This document shows positions 7,484-15,533 of a DNA stretch of 18,246 nt, piece by piece (the stretch's first letter is position 1; each line of letters starts with the position of its first letter). The stretch is taken from UHGV virus genome UHGV-0188933. One strand, 5' to 3'. Made by a program: the position numbers and the translations under genes. The stretch is from a virus. The notes beneath the pieces are model-generated. The model saw only the letters and a list, made by a program, of their open reading frames with translations, did no database searches and was not told the origin of the DNA.

Positions 7484-7737
7484 GTGATCGTGTCATTGAA
7501 TGCGCCTCCAGAGCGGGGCGCGACTTCTCAGAGTTCATGAAAGGCGAGAAGGGCATGAGGGAAGCATTGGCCTCGGTGGATGAGTTTGGCGAGCAGCTGC
7601 GCCTCAACGGCTGTGTCAATCATCACTTTGTTAGCTACATGATGCGGAACTCGATCATGCAGGCATTCATGGACATGGCAAAAGCCGAGAGGAAAGAAGA
7701 GCGCCGGCGTAAGCGAGCGGAAGCAAAAGCGAAGTAG
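7480..7737 (+). CDS. hypothetical protein with basic Lys/Arg/Glu-rich C-terminal tail
   Basis: 85-aa ORF, ATGA-coupled to the KilA-N gene; no recognised domain. Confidence 0.4.
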   Translation: MSDRVIECASRAGRDFSEFMKGEKGMREALASVDEFGEQLRLNGCVNHHFVSYMMRNSIMQAFMDMAKAERKEERRRKRAEAKAK

Positions 7738-8089
7738 CCATTACAAAGCCCATCTACGGGTGGGCTTGATAATGAAACCGTGATTTACATCCCCACAATC
7801 CGGGTATGTAAAAGATAGTTCAGGCGAGAACAGATTTAACTAAATCTGTGCACCACCAGTTACGGCAGTACCACGAAGCAACCCAAGCCAGTAAGTGGGG
7901 AAATAACACTGGCAGCCACTGAAAGATGAACCTCCAGCCTTATGGCAAAAAAGATTCTTTGTGGTGGCGGGCTGATGGAAAGACATCGGTTATTGCAGAG
8001 GCCATTCAATGAGTGGTCTCGACAATGGCTTATACCCTGCACGGGATAACTTAACTGATATCCCTTTTAACGGATAAACGGAGCCAACA

Positions 8090-8245
8090 ATGGCAAAGCT
8101 CACCGACAAACAAGAGCTGTTTGCCCGTGAGTACCTGAAAGATTTAAACGCCACACAGGCAGCTATCAGGGCGGGTTGGGCAAAAGCTCAACAACATGCC
8201 GTATTACCGCGCGAAACAATACGCGCAGATGCTTGGCATCGATGA
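8090..8245 (+). pseudogene. terminase small subunit, N-terminal stub (51 codons)
   Basis: MAKLTDKQELFAREYLKDLNATQAAIRAGW... is the conserved N-terminal helix-turn-helix of Terminase_2-type small subunits; frame ends at 8243-8245 after diverging. SD ggag 8 nt upstream. Confidence 0.7.
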
Positions 8246-9833
8246 AAACACGCTGATGGCGATGCGGCGCGGCATGAATGGCTTTACCGCCGATTACCAG
8301 TCGATGCTGCAAAAGACAGGGTTCAACGCTGATAAAGCGGCTGTTCAGTCCAACAAATTCATGACGTCCATGCGCGGGCTTACGTCGCTGTTCGGCATCA
8401 TGCGGGACAAGATCGGCTCAAACCTCGCTGGTGGCCTGGCTGGTTCGCTGGACAGCCTGCGGCGGCGCATCCTCGACAATTTCCCGAAGATTGAAGAGAC
8501 GCTGACCAGAGTTATTAAAGGCGTGATCTGGCTTGCGAACGCATTCACGAGAATGGCGTGGCGGCTGATACAGGGCGCTGGCTCTGTCATCGACTGGTGG
8601 AAGCGTCTTGACGATGGCAGTAAAAATCTGCTGAAAATATTCGGTGCTCTACTGGTCGCATGGCGTCTGCTTAATTCTGCGTTCCTGAAATCCCCGATTG
8701 GAATTATCACCACACTGATTCTGGCGATCGGATTGCTGTACGACGATTACCAGACGTGGAAAGAGGGCGGTAAAAGCCTGATTGACTGGTCCAAATGGCA
8801 GCCAGAAATTGAGCAGGCAAAGAAGGTGTTCAAGTGGCTGCGCGATAAGTTTCTGGAGCTCAAGGACAACCTCGGCGGCTGGAAAAATACGCTCACCATC
8901 CTGTTTGGCTTTCTGGCTGGTGCGAAGCTGGTCTCCATGCTCACTGGCATCGGGCGACTTGTCGCCGGATTTATGGGGCTTGGTAAGGCAATTGGCGGCT
9001 CTATTGGTGGGCTGGGTAAGCTGGCGCAGGGGATCGCACAGCTGGCAATCAAGAATCCATGGTTGCTTATGTTCATTCCTGCCAACAATACGCCGACCAC
9101 CAGTGAAGAAATGGCGTCGATTGGCGGTATAGGCAGCAATATCGTACCTGAAAGGCAGCAGGCATATGAGGCGCTGAGAAAGGAAAATCCCGGCAAAGAC
9201 TTTTTCACTGATGAGCAAATCCAGCGAAAAATTCAGGAGATGGGACTGGAGCCGGAGCAGCGAGCGCAGTCGGTTAAGCGACCTCAGGCGACGGCCCAGG
9301 GCAAGGTATTGCTCGACTGGATGGGGCCAATGTTCAATAAACTGGAGTCGCTTTATCAGCTGCCAGCTGGCCTGTTGAAAAGCGTGGCGATCACCGAGTC
9401 GGGTGGTAACCAGTTCGCCATATCCGGCGCAGGCGCGAAAGGACTGTTTCAGTTTATGGATGGCACGGCGCGCGACATGGGCCTGCGTGGGAATGATGTA
9501 TTCGACCCGGAAAAGTCAGCTCAGGCAGCCGCTAAGTACCTCAGCCAGCTGTTGCGGCAGAACGGCGGAGACCTTAGCAAAGCACTGGCATCATATAACT
9601 GGGGGATCGGGAATGTTAAGCGTTATGGAATGGGGCTAATGCCGCAGGAAACGCGCAACTACATTCCGAAAGTGATGAGCAATATGCCCACCAGCGCCCC
9701 GGTGATTCAGCAGGAAACGAACATTAACATCCACGGCGTTTCCGATCCGCGCGAGGCTGCCCGTTTGACTGTTGACCGTCAAAAGGGCGTGAATTCACAG
9801 TTAACCCAGCAACTCCCCGCAGGACCGAGATAA
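8196..9833 (+). CDS. tail tape measure protein, C-terminal portion, with lytic transglycosylase (SLT) domain; N-terminal part absent
   Basis: Typical TMP low-complexity Gly/Ala/Leu segments (LAGGLAGSLDSL, GKAIGGSIGGLGKLAQGIAQ). C-terminal ITESGGNQFAISGAGAKGLFQFMDGTARDMGL...ASYNWG is an SLT signature. Frame opens only at 8148, just inside the terS stub. Confidence 0.75.
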   Translation: MPYYRAKQYAQMLGIDENTLMAMRRGMNGFTADYQSMLQKTGFNADKAAVQSNKFMTSMRGLTSLFGIMRDKIGSNLAGGLAGSLDSLRRRILDNFPKIEETLTRVIKGVIWLANAFTRMAWRLIQGAGSVIDWWKRLDDGSKNLLKIFGALLVAWRLLNSAFLKSPIGIITTLILAIGLLYDDYQTWKEGGKSLIDWSKWQPEIEQAKKVFKWLRDKFLELKDNLGGWKNTLTILFGFLAGAKLVSMLTGIGRLVAGFMGLGKAIGGSIGGLGKLAQGIAQLAIKNPWLLMFIPANNTPTTSEEMASIGGIGSNIVPERQQAYEALRKENPGKDFFTDEQIQRKIQEMGLEPEQRAQSVKRPQATAQGKVLLDWMGPMFNKLESLYQLPAGLLKSVAITESGGNQFAISGAGAKGLFQFMDGTARDMGLRGNDVFDPEKSAQAAAKYLSQLLRQNGGDLSKALASYNWGIGNVKRYGMGLMPQETRNYIPKVMSNMPTSAPVIQQETNINIHGVSDPREAARLTVDRQKGVNSQLTQQLPAGPR

Positions 9834-10435
9834 TGGATATTTTATCAGCGATTTTTCGCCAGCAATCCCGGCGAATTGGCCTGCTGATCCCCAGCGTGGT
9901 CGTTTCCGAAAAGCATTCTGATGCGCTCGAAATTACTGAGCACCCGGTGGAGAAGCCAACAACGAATAGCGCGTCGGGTTTCATCGCCGATCATGCGTAT
10001 AAGCGCCCCAGCGAAGTCACGATGGAATGCGGCTTCGCAGGTGGCGGTTCGTTGCTGGACTTCATTGATACATCGTCAATCGGCCTCAGCGCCGGACTTA
10101 GCCCGAAAGAGACCTATCAGCAACTACTGGATCTCCAGTCCTCTCGGGTGCCGTTCGATGTAGTGACCGGAAAGCGGGTTTACAGCAATATGCTGGTGCG
10201 AGCCATCGAGGTGACAACGGATAAAACCAGCGAGAACGTGCTGAACTGCACGCTTACCCTGCGTGAAGTGATCATGTCGCAGACGCAGAGCGTTAGCGTT
10301 GCAGATAAATCAGATATGCAGGATGGCGTCAGCACATCGGCGGTGCAGAATTCCGGGATGAAATCCACTACACCGCCAAACGAATCCTTGCTGAGCCAGC
10401 TGGGCGGAAGCGTTACATCAGCATTCGGGGGATGA
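9833..10435 (+). CDS. tail/baseplate assembly protein (family uncertain)
   Basis: 200-aa ORF translationally coupled to the TMP stop; position between TMP and hub. Confidence 0.4.
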   Translation: MDILSAIFRQQSRRIGLLIPSVVVSEKHSDALEITEHPVEKPTTNSASGFIADHAYKRPSEVTMECGFAGGGSLLDFIDTSSIGLSAGLSPKETYQQLLDLQSSRVPFDVVTGKRVYSNMLVRAIEVTTDKTSENVLNCTLTLREVIMSQTQSVSVADKSDMQDGVSTSAVQNSGMKSTTPPNESLLSQLGGSVTSAFGG

Positions 10436-10436
10436 T

Positions 10437-10742
10437 ATGCAGTTTAACGAAATACCGCTTTCTCCTGACAATCAGCAGTTCCGCGTTTTGCTGGGCAATA
10501 CCACGTATACACTCAGGATCATCTGACGTGATGCGGCTGGCTGGATTATGGACGTGATGGATAGCGGCGGTGCCGCGCTTCTCTCTGGCGTACCTCTACT
10601 GACCGGCGTAAACCTTTTACGACAATATCCACAGCTTGGCATTGATGGCGCGCTGGTGGTGGCGACCGATAAGGGCGCACCAGACGAGCCCACCAAAACC
10701 AACCTCGGCACATACAGCCACCTCATTTTCGTACAGGAGTAG
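10437..10742 (+). pseudogene. small tail protein interrupted by in-frame TGA at 10524-10526
   Basis: Single frame reads MQFNEIPLSPDNQQFRVLLGNTTYTLRII*RDAAGWIMDVMDSGGAALLSGVPLLTGVNLL...VQE, verified codon by codon; the TGA would be Trp with one G-to-A change. Confidence 0.5.
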
Positions 10743-10744
10743 AA

Positions 10745-11812
10745 ATGTCTCTTAACTGGATGCGCCATTTTGAGCTGCAACTGTTGGACCAGAACGGGCA
10801 GGGCGTTTCCCTGTCTGACTTTAAGGTCACGTTCCAGATCGAGTGGGCAGACACACGCTGGCCACGCGTGGCGAACGTGAAAATTTACAACCTTTCGACC
10901 GATACCACGAACAAGATACTGGGGCAGGAGTTTGCAAAAATTCGCATCATTGCCGGGTATGACGGTATTGCGCCGGATGTTGATGCGAGCCAGGTTGGTG
11001 TCGCCCGGGAGATTTCACCAGACCAGGTAGGGCAGGTGAACGGTCAGAACTACGGCCTGATATTTGACGGTGATATTCGCTTCACCGTCACCGGGAAGGA
11101 CAACATCACCGATTCCTGGGTGCTGATTCAGGCCATCAGTAACCACGAAGCGTTCCTCTACGCGACTACCATCACCACGCTTGCCGCTGGTTATACCGTT
11201 GCGGACCTGCACCGGGCGACTATGCAGGATTTCAACGCGTTCGGCGTGACGCAGGGCATTACCGGTGACTTTCCTGATACCGTGTTTCCTCGTGGCCGTG
11301 CGATTTATTCATCCACCCGTAACGTGATGGATAATATTGCTGCGCAGTGCAAAGCGACATGGCAGCTGGTGGATGGTCAGGTCCAGATGGTGCCGGAGGA
11401 TAAATATATTCACGAAGCCATTGTGTTGAATGCCGATACTGGCCTGATCGGTATGCCGCAACAAACGATGGGCGGCGGAGTAAACGTGCGGTGCCTGATA
11501 AACCCAAACATCCGTATTAATGGTCTTATCCAGCTCGATCAGGCTTCGGTGTACCGCGCCGCGCTCGGTAATAGCGAAATAGCACAGTCGCCCGGTCGCA
11601 TCACCGAAACAGAAGAGAACGGCAACCGCGTACTGACCGGCACAACGTCACAGGCTGCCAGCATTGCGACAGATGGCGTTTATATCGTCAAAGCTATCGA
11701 TTATACTGGTGACACCAGAGGTCAGGCGTGGTACATGGATTTGATGTGTTTTGCGCGTGGGGCTCGTGACCTGATTAGCCAGTCGACTATAGCTCGCTCA
11801 GGAGGAAATTAA
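10745..11812 (+). CDS. baseplate hub-like tail protein (Mu gp44 / P2 gpD position)
   Basis: 355-aa ORF immediately upstream of the spike/gp46/gpJ/gp48 module; assignment by synteny and size. Confidence 0.4.
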   Translation: MSLNWMRHFELQLLDQNGQGVSLSDFKVTFQIEWADTRWPRVANVKIYNLSTDTTNKILGQEFAKIRIIAGYDGIAPDVDASQVGVAREISPDQVGQVNGQNYGLIFDGDIRFTVTGKDNITDSWVLIQAISNHEAFLYATTITTLAAGYTVADLHRATMQDFNAFGVTQGITGDFPDTVFPRGRAIYSSTRNVMDNIAAQCKATWQLVDGQVQMVPEDKYIHEAIVLNADTGLIGMPQQTMGGGVNVRCLINPNIRINGLIQLDQASVYRAALGNSEIAQSPGRITETEENGNRVLTGTTSQAASIATDGVYIVKAIDYTGDTRGQAWYMDLMCFARGARDLISQSTIARSGGN

Positions 11813-12703
11813 GTGGGTACAAATAAGAACGGAATTCGATATAGCGCACTTTTTCTTTCCGGGTTGCTCTTATCCGGGGGCGCGAGTGCAGGCTTTAATT
11901 CCGCGCAGAACGCTGAGTACAAAAGACGTCCAGGATGGCAGCCGATAGTAATTTTATCGACAGATGATTGTCAGACATGGAAATCTAAAGGGAAGTCACT
12001 AATTGACTGGAGTGGCGAGATCTGTGGTCCTGACGGGTTGATTAAGGCAATCAATAAAAAGCCGGAGAATATACCAGCTTTTTATGCTGCATATCATGAG
12101 TACGGCACAGGTGGAGTTAGGGCTATCGATGTAAGAGATAATTCTCAGCTAAATTATCTCAATTTTGTAAATGATTTAGCTAAGAAACTTTCTTCTTCGG
12201 CTGTTGTATTAAAGATTTATGATGATTATATCATTGATAGAAAACCCATGGGGCTTGCAGAGGTTTCACGAGAAAATTTTGTAAAACAGCTAAATGAGTT
12301 ATCGCTGAAGCAACCTGCCATCTATCAAAAAATGAACGACGTAGCCAAGGCTGATTACGAGAAAAGTAGTAATGTTCACAGTAACGAAAAGCTTGGCGTG
12401 AATTACAAAACAGTCTGTGGTCCTTATACGATTGATCTGTCTTCTGCTGATGGTTGGGCCAGAATTAATGGCGCAAAACCAGAGACGCAAAAAATTAGCC
12501 CAATCGGCTCTGGTGGTAGCACCAAAGGGGAACCGGATAACATCAAGATGGAGTGGATGGCTGCCACTAATCAACCCGGCCGCTGGGTTGGGCTTGAGTA
12601 CATCAAGCGCAACGGAAAAGCTATTCTCAACGCACAGTGGTTGCAGGCCAGCATAGACGCGCCGCGCCAGTATGCAACATACGACTGCCGAAAAGTAAAA
12701 TAG
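11813..12703 (+). CDS. cargo (moron) protein, 296 aa: signal-peptide-like N-terminus and a TMP-like motif; function unknown
   Basis: GTG start 7 nt after GGAGG. N-terminus MGTNKNGIRYSALFLSGLLLSGGASAG looks like a signal peptide. Residues DDCQTWKSKGKSLIDWS parallel DDYQTWKEGGKSLIDWS in the TMP. Remainder is visibly AT-rich relative to flanking tail genes. Confidence 0.55.
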   Translation: MGTNKNGIRYSALFLSGLLLSGGASAGFNSAQNAEYKRRPGWQPIVILSTDDCQTWKSKGKSLIDWSGEICGPDGLIKAINKKPENIPAFYAAYHEYGTGGVRAIDVRDNSQLNYLNFVNDLAKKLSSSAVVLKIYDDYIIDRKPMGLAEVSRENFVKQLNELSLKQPAIYQKMNDVAKADYEKSSNVHSNEKLGVNYKTVCGPYTIDLSSADGWARINGAKPETQKISPIGSGGSTKGEPDNIKMEWMAATNQPGRWVGLEYIKRNGKAILNAQWLQASIDAPRQYATYDCRKVK

Positions 12704-12721
12704 CCCGCCAGATAGGCGGGC
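12703..12721 (-). terminator. GC-rich hairpin between the convergent cargo genes (terminator for the minus-strand gene)
   Basis: gcccgcc-agata-ggcgggc, 7-bp stem; on the minus strand it is followed by a T-rich tract (ctattttacttttc). Confidence 0.55.
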
Positions 12722-12726
12722 ATGCG

Positions 12727-13017
12727 TCAAAAATATTGAGCTTTAATTATAATAAACACAATAATTACGAACAGGATGTTTCTAATTATTTTTTGCTTAT
12801 GAGTAAGTTGTTTTTTTTCTGTCGATTTCCCGGGAGAGTAAAGGTTAGTGGTATGCGACAGCCCCGTGCCGGGAAGGCCATTTGTCATCTTTACGCCTTT
12901 TTTCCCGATGTTAATGGTGGAACCTTTACCACCAATTGAAGTGCTTACTCCGCTTTTACTAATGTTGATCGCGAGTCCGGGCGCAATCCGGATTCTTTTA
13001 CGAAATCTAAATCCCAT
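12727..13017 (-). CDS. DUF4236-like small protein with C-terminal transmembrane helix
   Basis: MGFRFRKRIRIAPGLAINISKSGVSTSIGGKGSTINIGKKG...PGTGLS resembles what I recall of the DUF4236 N-terminal signature; C-terminus IIRNILFVIIVFIIIKAQYF is hydrophobic. AT-rich, convergent with the cargo gene. Confidence 0.55.
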   Translation of the reverse strand: MGFRFRKRIRIAPGLAINISKSGVSTSIGGKGSTINIGKKGVKMTNGLPGTGLSHTTNLYSPGKSTEKKQLTHKQKIIRNILFVIIVFIIIKAQYF

Positions 13018-13204
13018 TTGTTACTCCTGTAGTCAATAATGCGATGGTGCAGGTCCACTCTATGGCGGCTTCATGGCTGAAATTGATTTTCAATGCTTAC
13101 TTGTTGCAAACATATCCTAATACACATTGTGAATGTGTGCCATTGCAGCGGAAAAGCCTTACTTCACACTGATGTAGCTTAGTTACTAAGAGATAATTGA
13201 TACC

Positions 13205-13228
13205 AAACCAGCTTCGGCTGGTTTTTTT
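13205..13228 (+). terminator. strong intrinsic terminator 12 bp upstream of the spike gene start
   Basis: aaaccagc-ttcg-gctggttt, perfect 8-bp stem with tetraloop, then TTTT (7 T in a row counting the stem end). Confidence 0.7.
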
Positions 13229-13239
13229 ATGGGGGTTTT

Positions 13240-13980
13240 ATGCCAATTCCAACTCAATCACAGATCGGCGGTGAGCAGCAGACCGCGCAGGCCATTGCCG
13301 ATTCGGTGTCTACCCAGATGCGCGTAGCGATGCCCGGCATCATTCAGTCGTTCGATCCTGACACTGTTACCTGCACGGTAGAGGTAGCGCTTCGCGGTAT
13401 CGTTGGCGATGGCTCCACCGAATTAAAACCGCTGGTGGATGTGCCGGTTATCTTCCCGCGTGGCGGCGGTTGTACGCTGACTTTTCCGGTTAAAGAAGGC
13501 GACGAGTGCCTGCTGCTCTTTGCCGACCGTTGCATCGATTTCTGGTGGCAGAGCGGCGGCGTGCAGGAGACCGTCGACCCGCGCCAGCATGACTTATCTG
13601 ATGCGTTCGCCATCGTTGGCCCACAGTCGCAAGCACGGAAAATCAGCGGTATCAGTACCAGCGCCGCGCAGCTGCGAACCGATGATGGTGCGGCGTTTGT
13701 AGAAGTCGCCGCAGGACATAACATCACCATTAAAACACCGGGCCAGCTTACAGCTACGGCTGAAGGTGGAACGACAATCACATCCCCGACTATCACGCTG
13801 AACGGCAACGTAACGATTAATGGCAACTTGTCTCAGGGAATGGGCGAAAGCGGCGGTACTGCGACGATGCTTGGGCCGGTGACGGTAACGAATGACGTAA
13901 CAGCTTCTGGTATCAGTGTCGCCACGCATAAACATGGCGGAGTACAGACTGGCGGGGGAACTACCGGAGGGCCGCAATAA
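13240..13980 (+). CDS. baseplate spike / assembly protein V (Mu gp45, P2 gpV-like)
   Basis: N-terminal OB-fold-like region (GIIQSFDPDTVTCTVEV...PLVDVPVIFPRGGG...GDECLLLFADR) and Gly/Thr-rich beta-helical C-terminus (TITSPTITLNGNVTINGNL...). Confidence 0.8.
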   Translation: MPIPTQSQIGGEQQTAQAIADSVSTQMRVAMPGIIQSFDPDTVTCTVEVALRGIVGDGSTELKPLVDVPVIFPRGGGCTLTFPVKEGDECLLLFADRCIDFWWQSGGVQETVDPRQHDLSDAFAIVGPQSQARKISGISTSAAQLRTDDGAAFVEVAAGHNITIKTPGQLTATAEGGTTITSPTITLNGNVTINGNLSQGMGESGGTATMLGPVTVTNDVTASGISVATHKHGGVQTGGGTTGGPQ

Positions 13981-14333
13981 TGCGATACCGTCGCGAAGAT
14001 ACTGAAGGCGATTACACTTTCGGCCAGGGTGACGATACTTTCCTTATCGACAGTCCGGAATGTGTCGCCCAGGCCGTAAAAACCCGTTTCGAGCTGTGGC
14101 GCGGTCAGTGGTTTCTCGATCTGACGGAAGGCACGCCGTATGTTCAGTCAGTGCTTGGGAAGCAGCGATCAGATGTCTACATCCTGGCTATACGCGAACG
14201 CATACAGGATACACCGGGCGTTCTGTCGATTCTTTCCTTCGATACCAATTATGACGGCACCAGCCGTCGCGTCACCTTCACTTCCTCCATTGACACAATC
14301 TACGGCCAGACGACTGTAACAAGCGAGGCATAA
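13980..14333 (+). CDS. baseplate protein, Mu gp46 / gpW-like
   Basis: 117 aa, ATGA-coupled between spike and gpJ-like gene. Confidence 0.65.
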   Translation: MRYRREDTEGDYTFGQGDDTFLIDSPECVAQAVKTRFELWRGQWFLDLTEGTPYVQSVLGKQRSDVYILAIRERIQDTPGVLSILSFDTNYDGTSRRVTFTSSIDTIYGQTTVTSEA

Positions 14334-15533
14334 ATGGCTTTGAACCTCGACACGCTGGGGCTATCGGCAACGGTAACCGCCCAGGGGATTAGTGCGCCTG
14401 ATTACCAGACAATCCTAGATACACTGACCAGCTATTTCAGGCAGATTTACGGTAGTGATGCCTACCTCGAACCAGACAGCAAAGACGGGCAGATGGTCGC
14501 GCTGGTGGCTCTTGCCGTGCATGACGCTAACAACACCGCTATCGGGATCTACAACTCTTTTTCACCGACGACAGCGCAGGCCGCAGCGCTTAGCAGCAAT
14601 GTGAAAATTAACGGGATCACGCGAAAAGTAGCGACAAACTCTACTGCTGACCTTCTGTTAACCGGTACGGCAGGCACGACTATCACGAATGGCTCCGCAC
14701 GGGATAAAAACGGCATTATCTGGAATTTTCCCGCAAGTGTAGCGATCGGCGTTGATGGTACTGTGCTGGTGACGGCCACATGTGCGAATAGCGGTTCGGT
14801 TGCGGCGCTGGCCGGGACTATTACCACTATCAACACCCCGACCCGAGGTTGGGTGTCGGTAACCAATCCAGTTGCGGCTACTGTCGGTTCACCAGCCGAA
14901 ACCGACGCAGAGCTGCGCATTCGGCAGGGGCAAAGCGTCGCGCTACCATCGATCACACCGTTTGAAGGTGTCGACGGTGCTATCGCTAATGTTGCTGGCG
15001 TGACACGTCACAAACTATATAAGAACGATACTGGGGCAACCGACAGCAACGGGCTGCCGCCACACTCTATTTCCGCCATCGTCGATGGAGGGGATGTTAC
15101 CGAGATAGCCCAGACCATCAGGGGGAATAAAGGGCAGGGAACCGCAACTTACGGTAAAACTTCTGTCACAGTGCCGGATACTTATGGTAATCCTCACGTC
15201 ATCAGTTTTTCGCGCTCTACCGATGTGCCAATTTTCGTAGCCATTACCCTGAAAGTTTTTACCGGCTATACCTCTCAAATCGGCGAGCAGATTAAACAGG
15301 CTGTTGCCGATTATATAAATGGCCTAACAATTGGCGACGACGTTCTGCTGAGCCGTATTTATTCCCCGGCAAACCTCGGCGTTGTGAGCGGCGGGAATGC
15401 CCGCTATTACGATATTACCGACCTGCTGATCGGTAAGTCGTCTGGCAGCGTATCGGCATCAAACATTGATATTGCCTATGATGCTTCAGCGTCCTGTAGC
15501 ACCGCGAATATCAGTATCACGGTGACCTCATGA
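14334..15533 (+). CDS. baseplate J-like protein (Mu gp47 / P2 gpJ family)
   Basis: 399 aa; size and position between gp46-like and gp48-like genes. Confidence 0.7.
   Translation: MALNLDTLGLSATVTAQGISAPDYQTILDTLTSYFRQIYGSDAYLEPDSKDGQMVALVALAVHDANNTAIGIYNSFSPTTAQAAALSSNVKINGITRKVATNSTADLLLTGTAGTTITNGSARDKNGIIWNFPASVAIGVDGTVLVTATCANSGSVAALAGTITTINTPTRGWVSVTNPVAATVGSPAETDAELRIRQGQSVALPSITPFEGVDGAIANVAGVTRHKLYKNDTGATDSNGLPPHSISAIVDGGDVTEIAQTIRGNKGQGTATYGKTSVTVPDTYGNPHVISFSRSTDVPIFVAITLKVFTGYTSQIGEQIKQAVADYINGLTIGDDVLLSRIYSPANLGVVSGGNARYYDITDLLIGKSSGSVSASNIDIAYDASASCSTANISITVTS

Noticed and set aside
8345-9218. Minus-strand and alternate-frame ORFs inside the tape measure gene (8345-8713, 8649-9218, 8747-9208, 8782-9132)
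   Set aside because: All are embedded in the TMP frame, which has clear TMP composition and a C-terminal SLT domain; they are shadow ORFs.
1854-10526. Idea that the three in-frame stops are read through by a phage-encoded suppressor tRNA
   Set aside because: The only tRNA-like element has anticodon GUU (Asn), not CUA or UCA; the stops are of two kinds (TAG, TGA); and the element shows gross deletions as well. Pseudogenisation is the simpler explanation.
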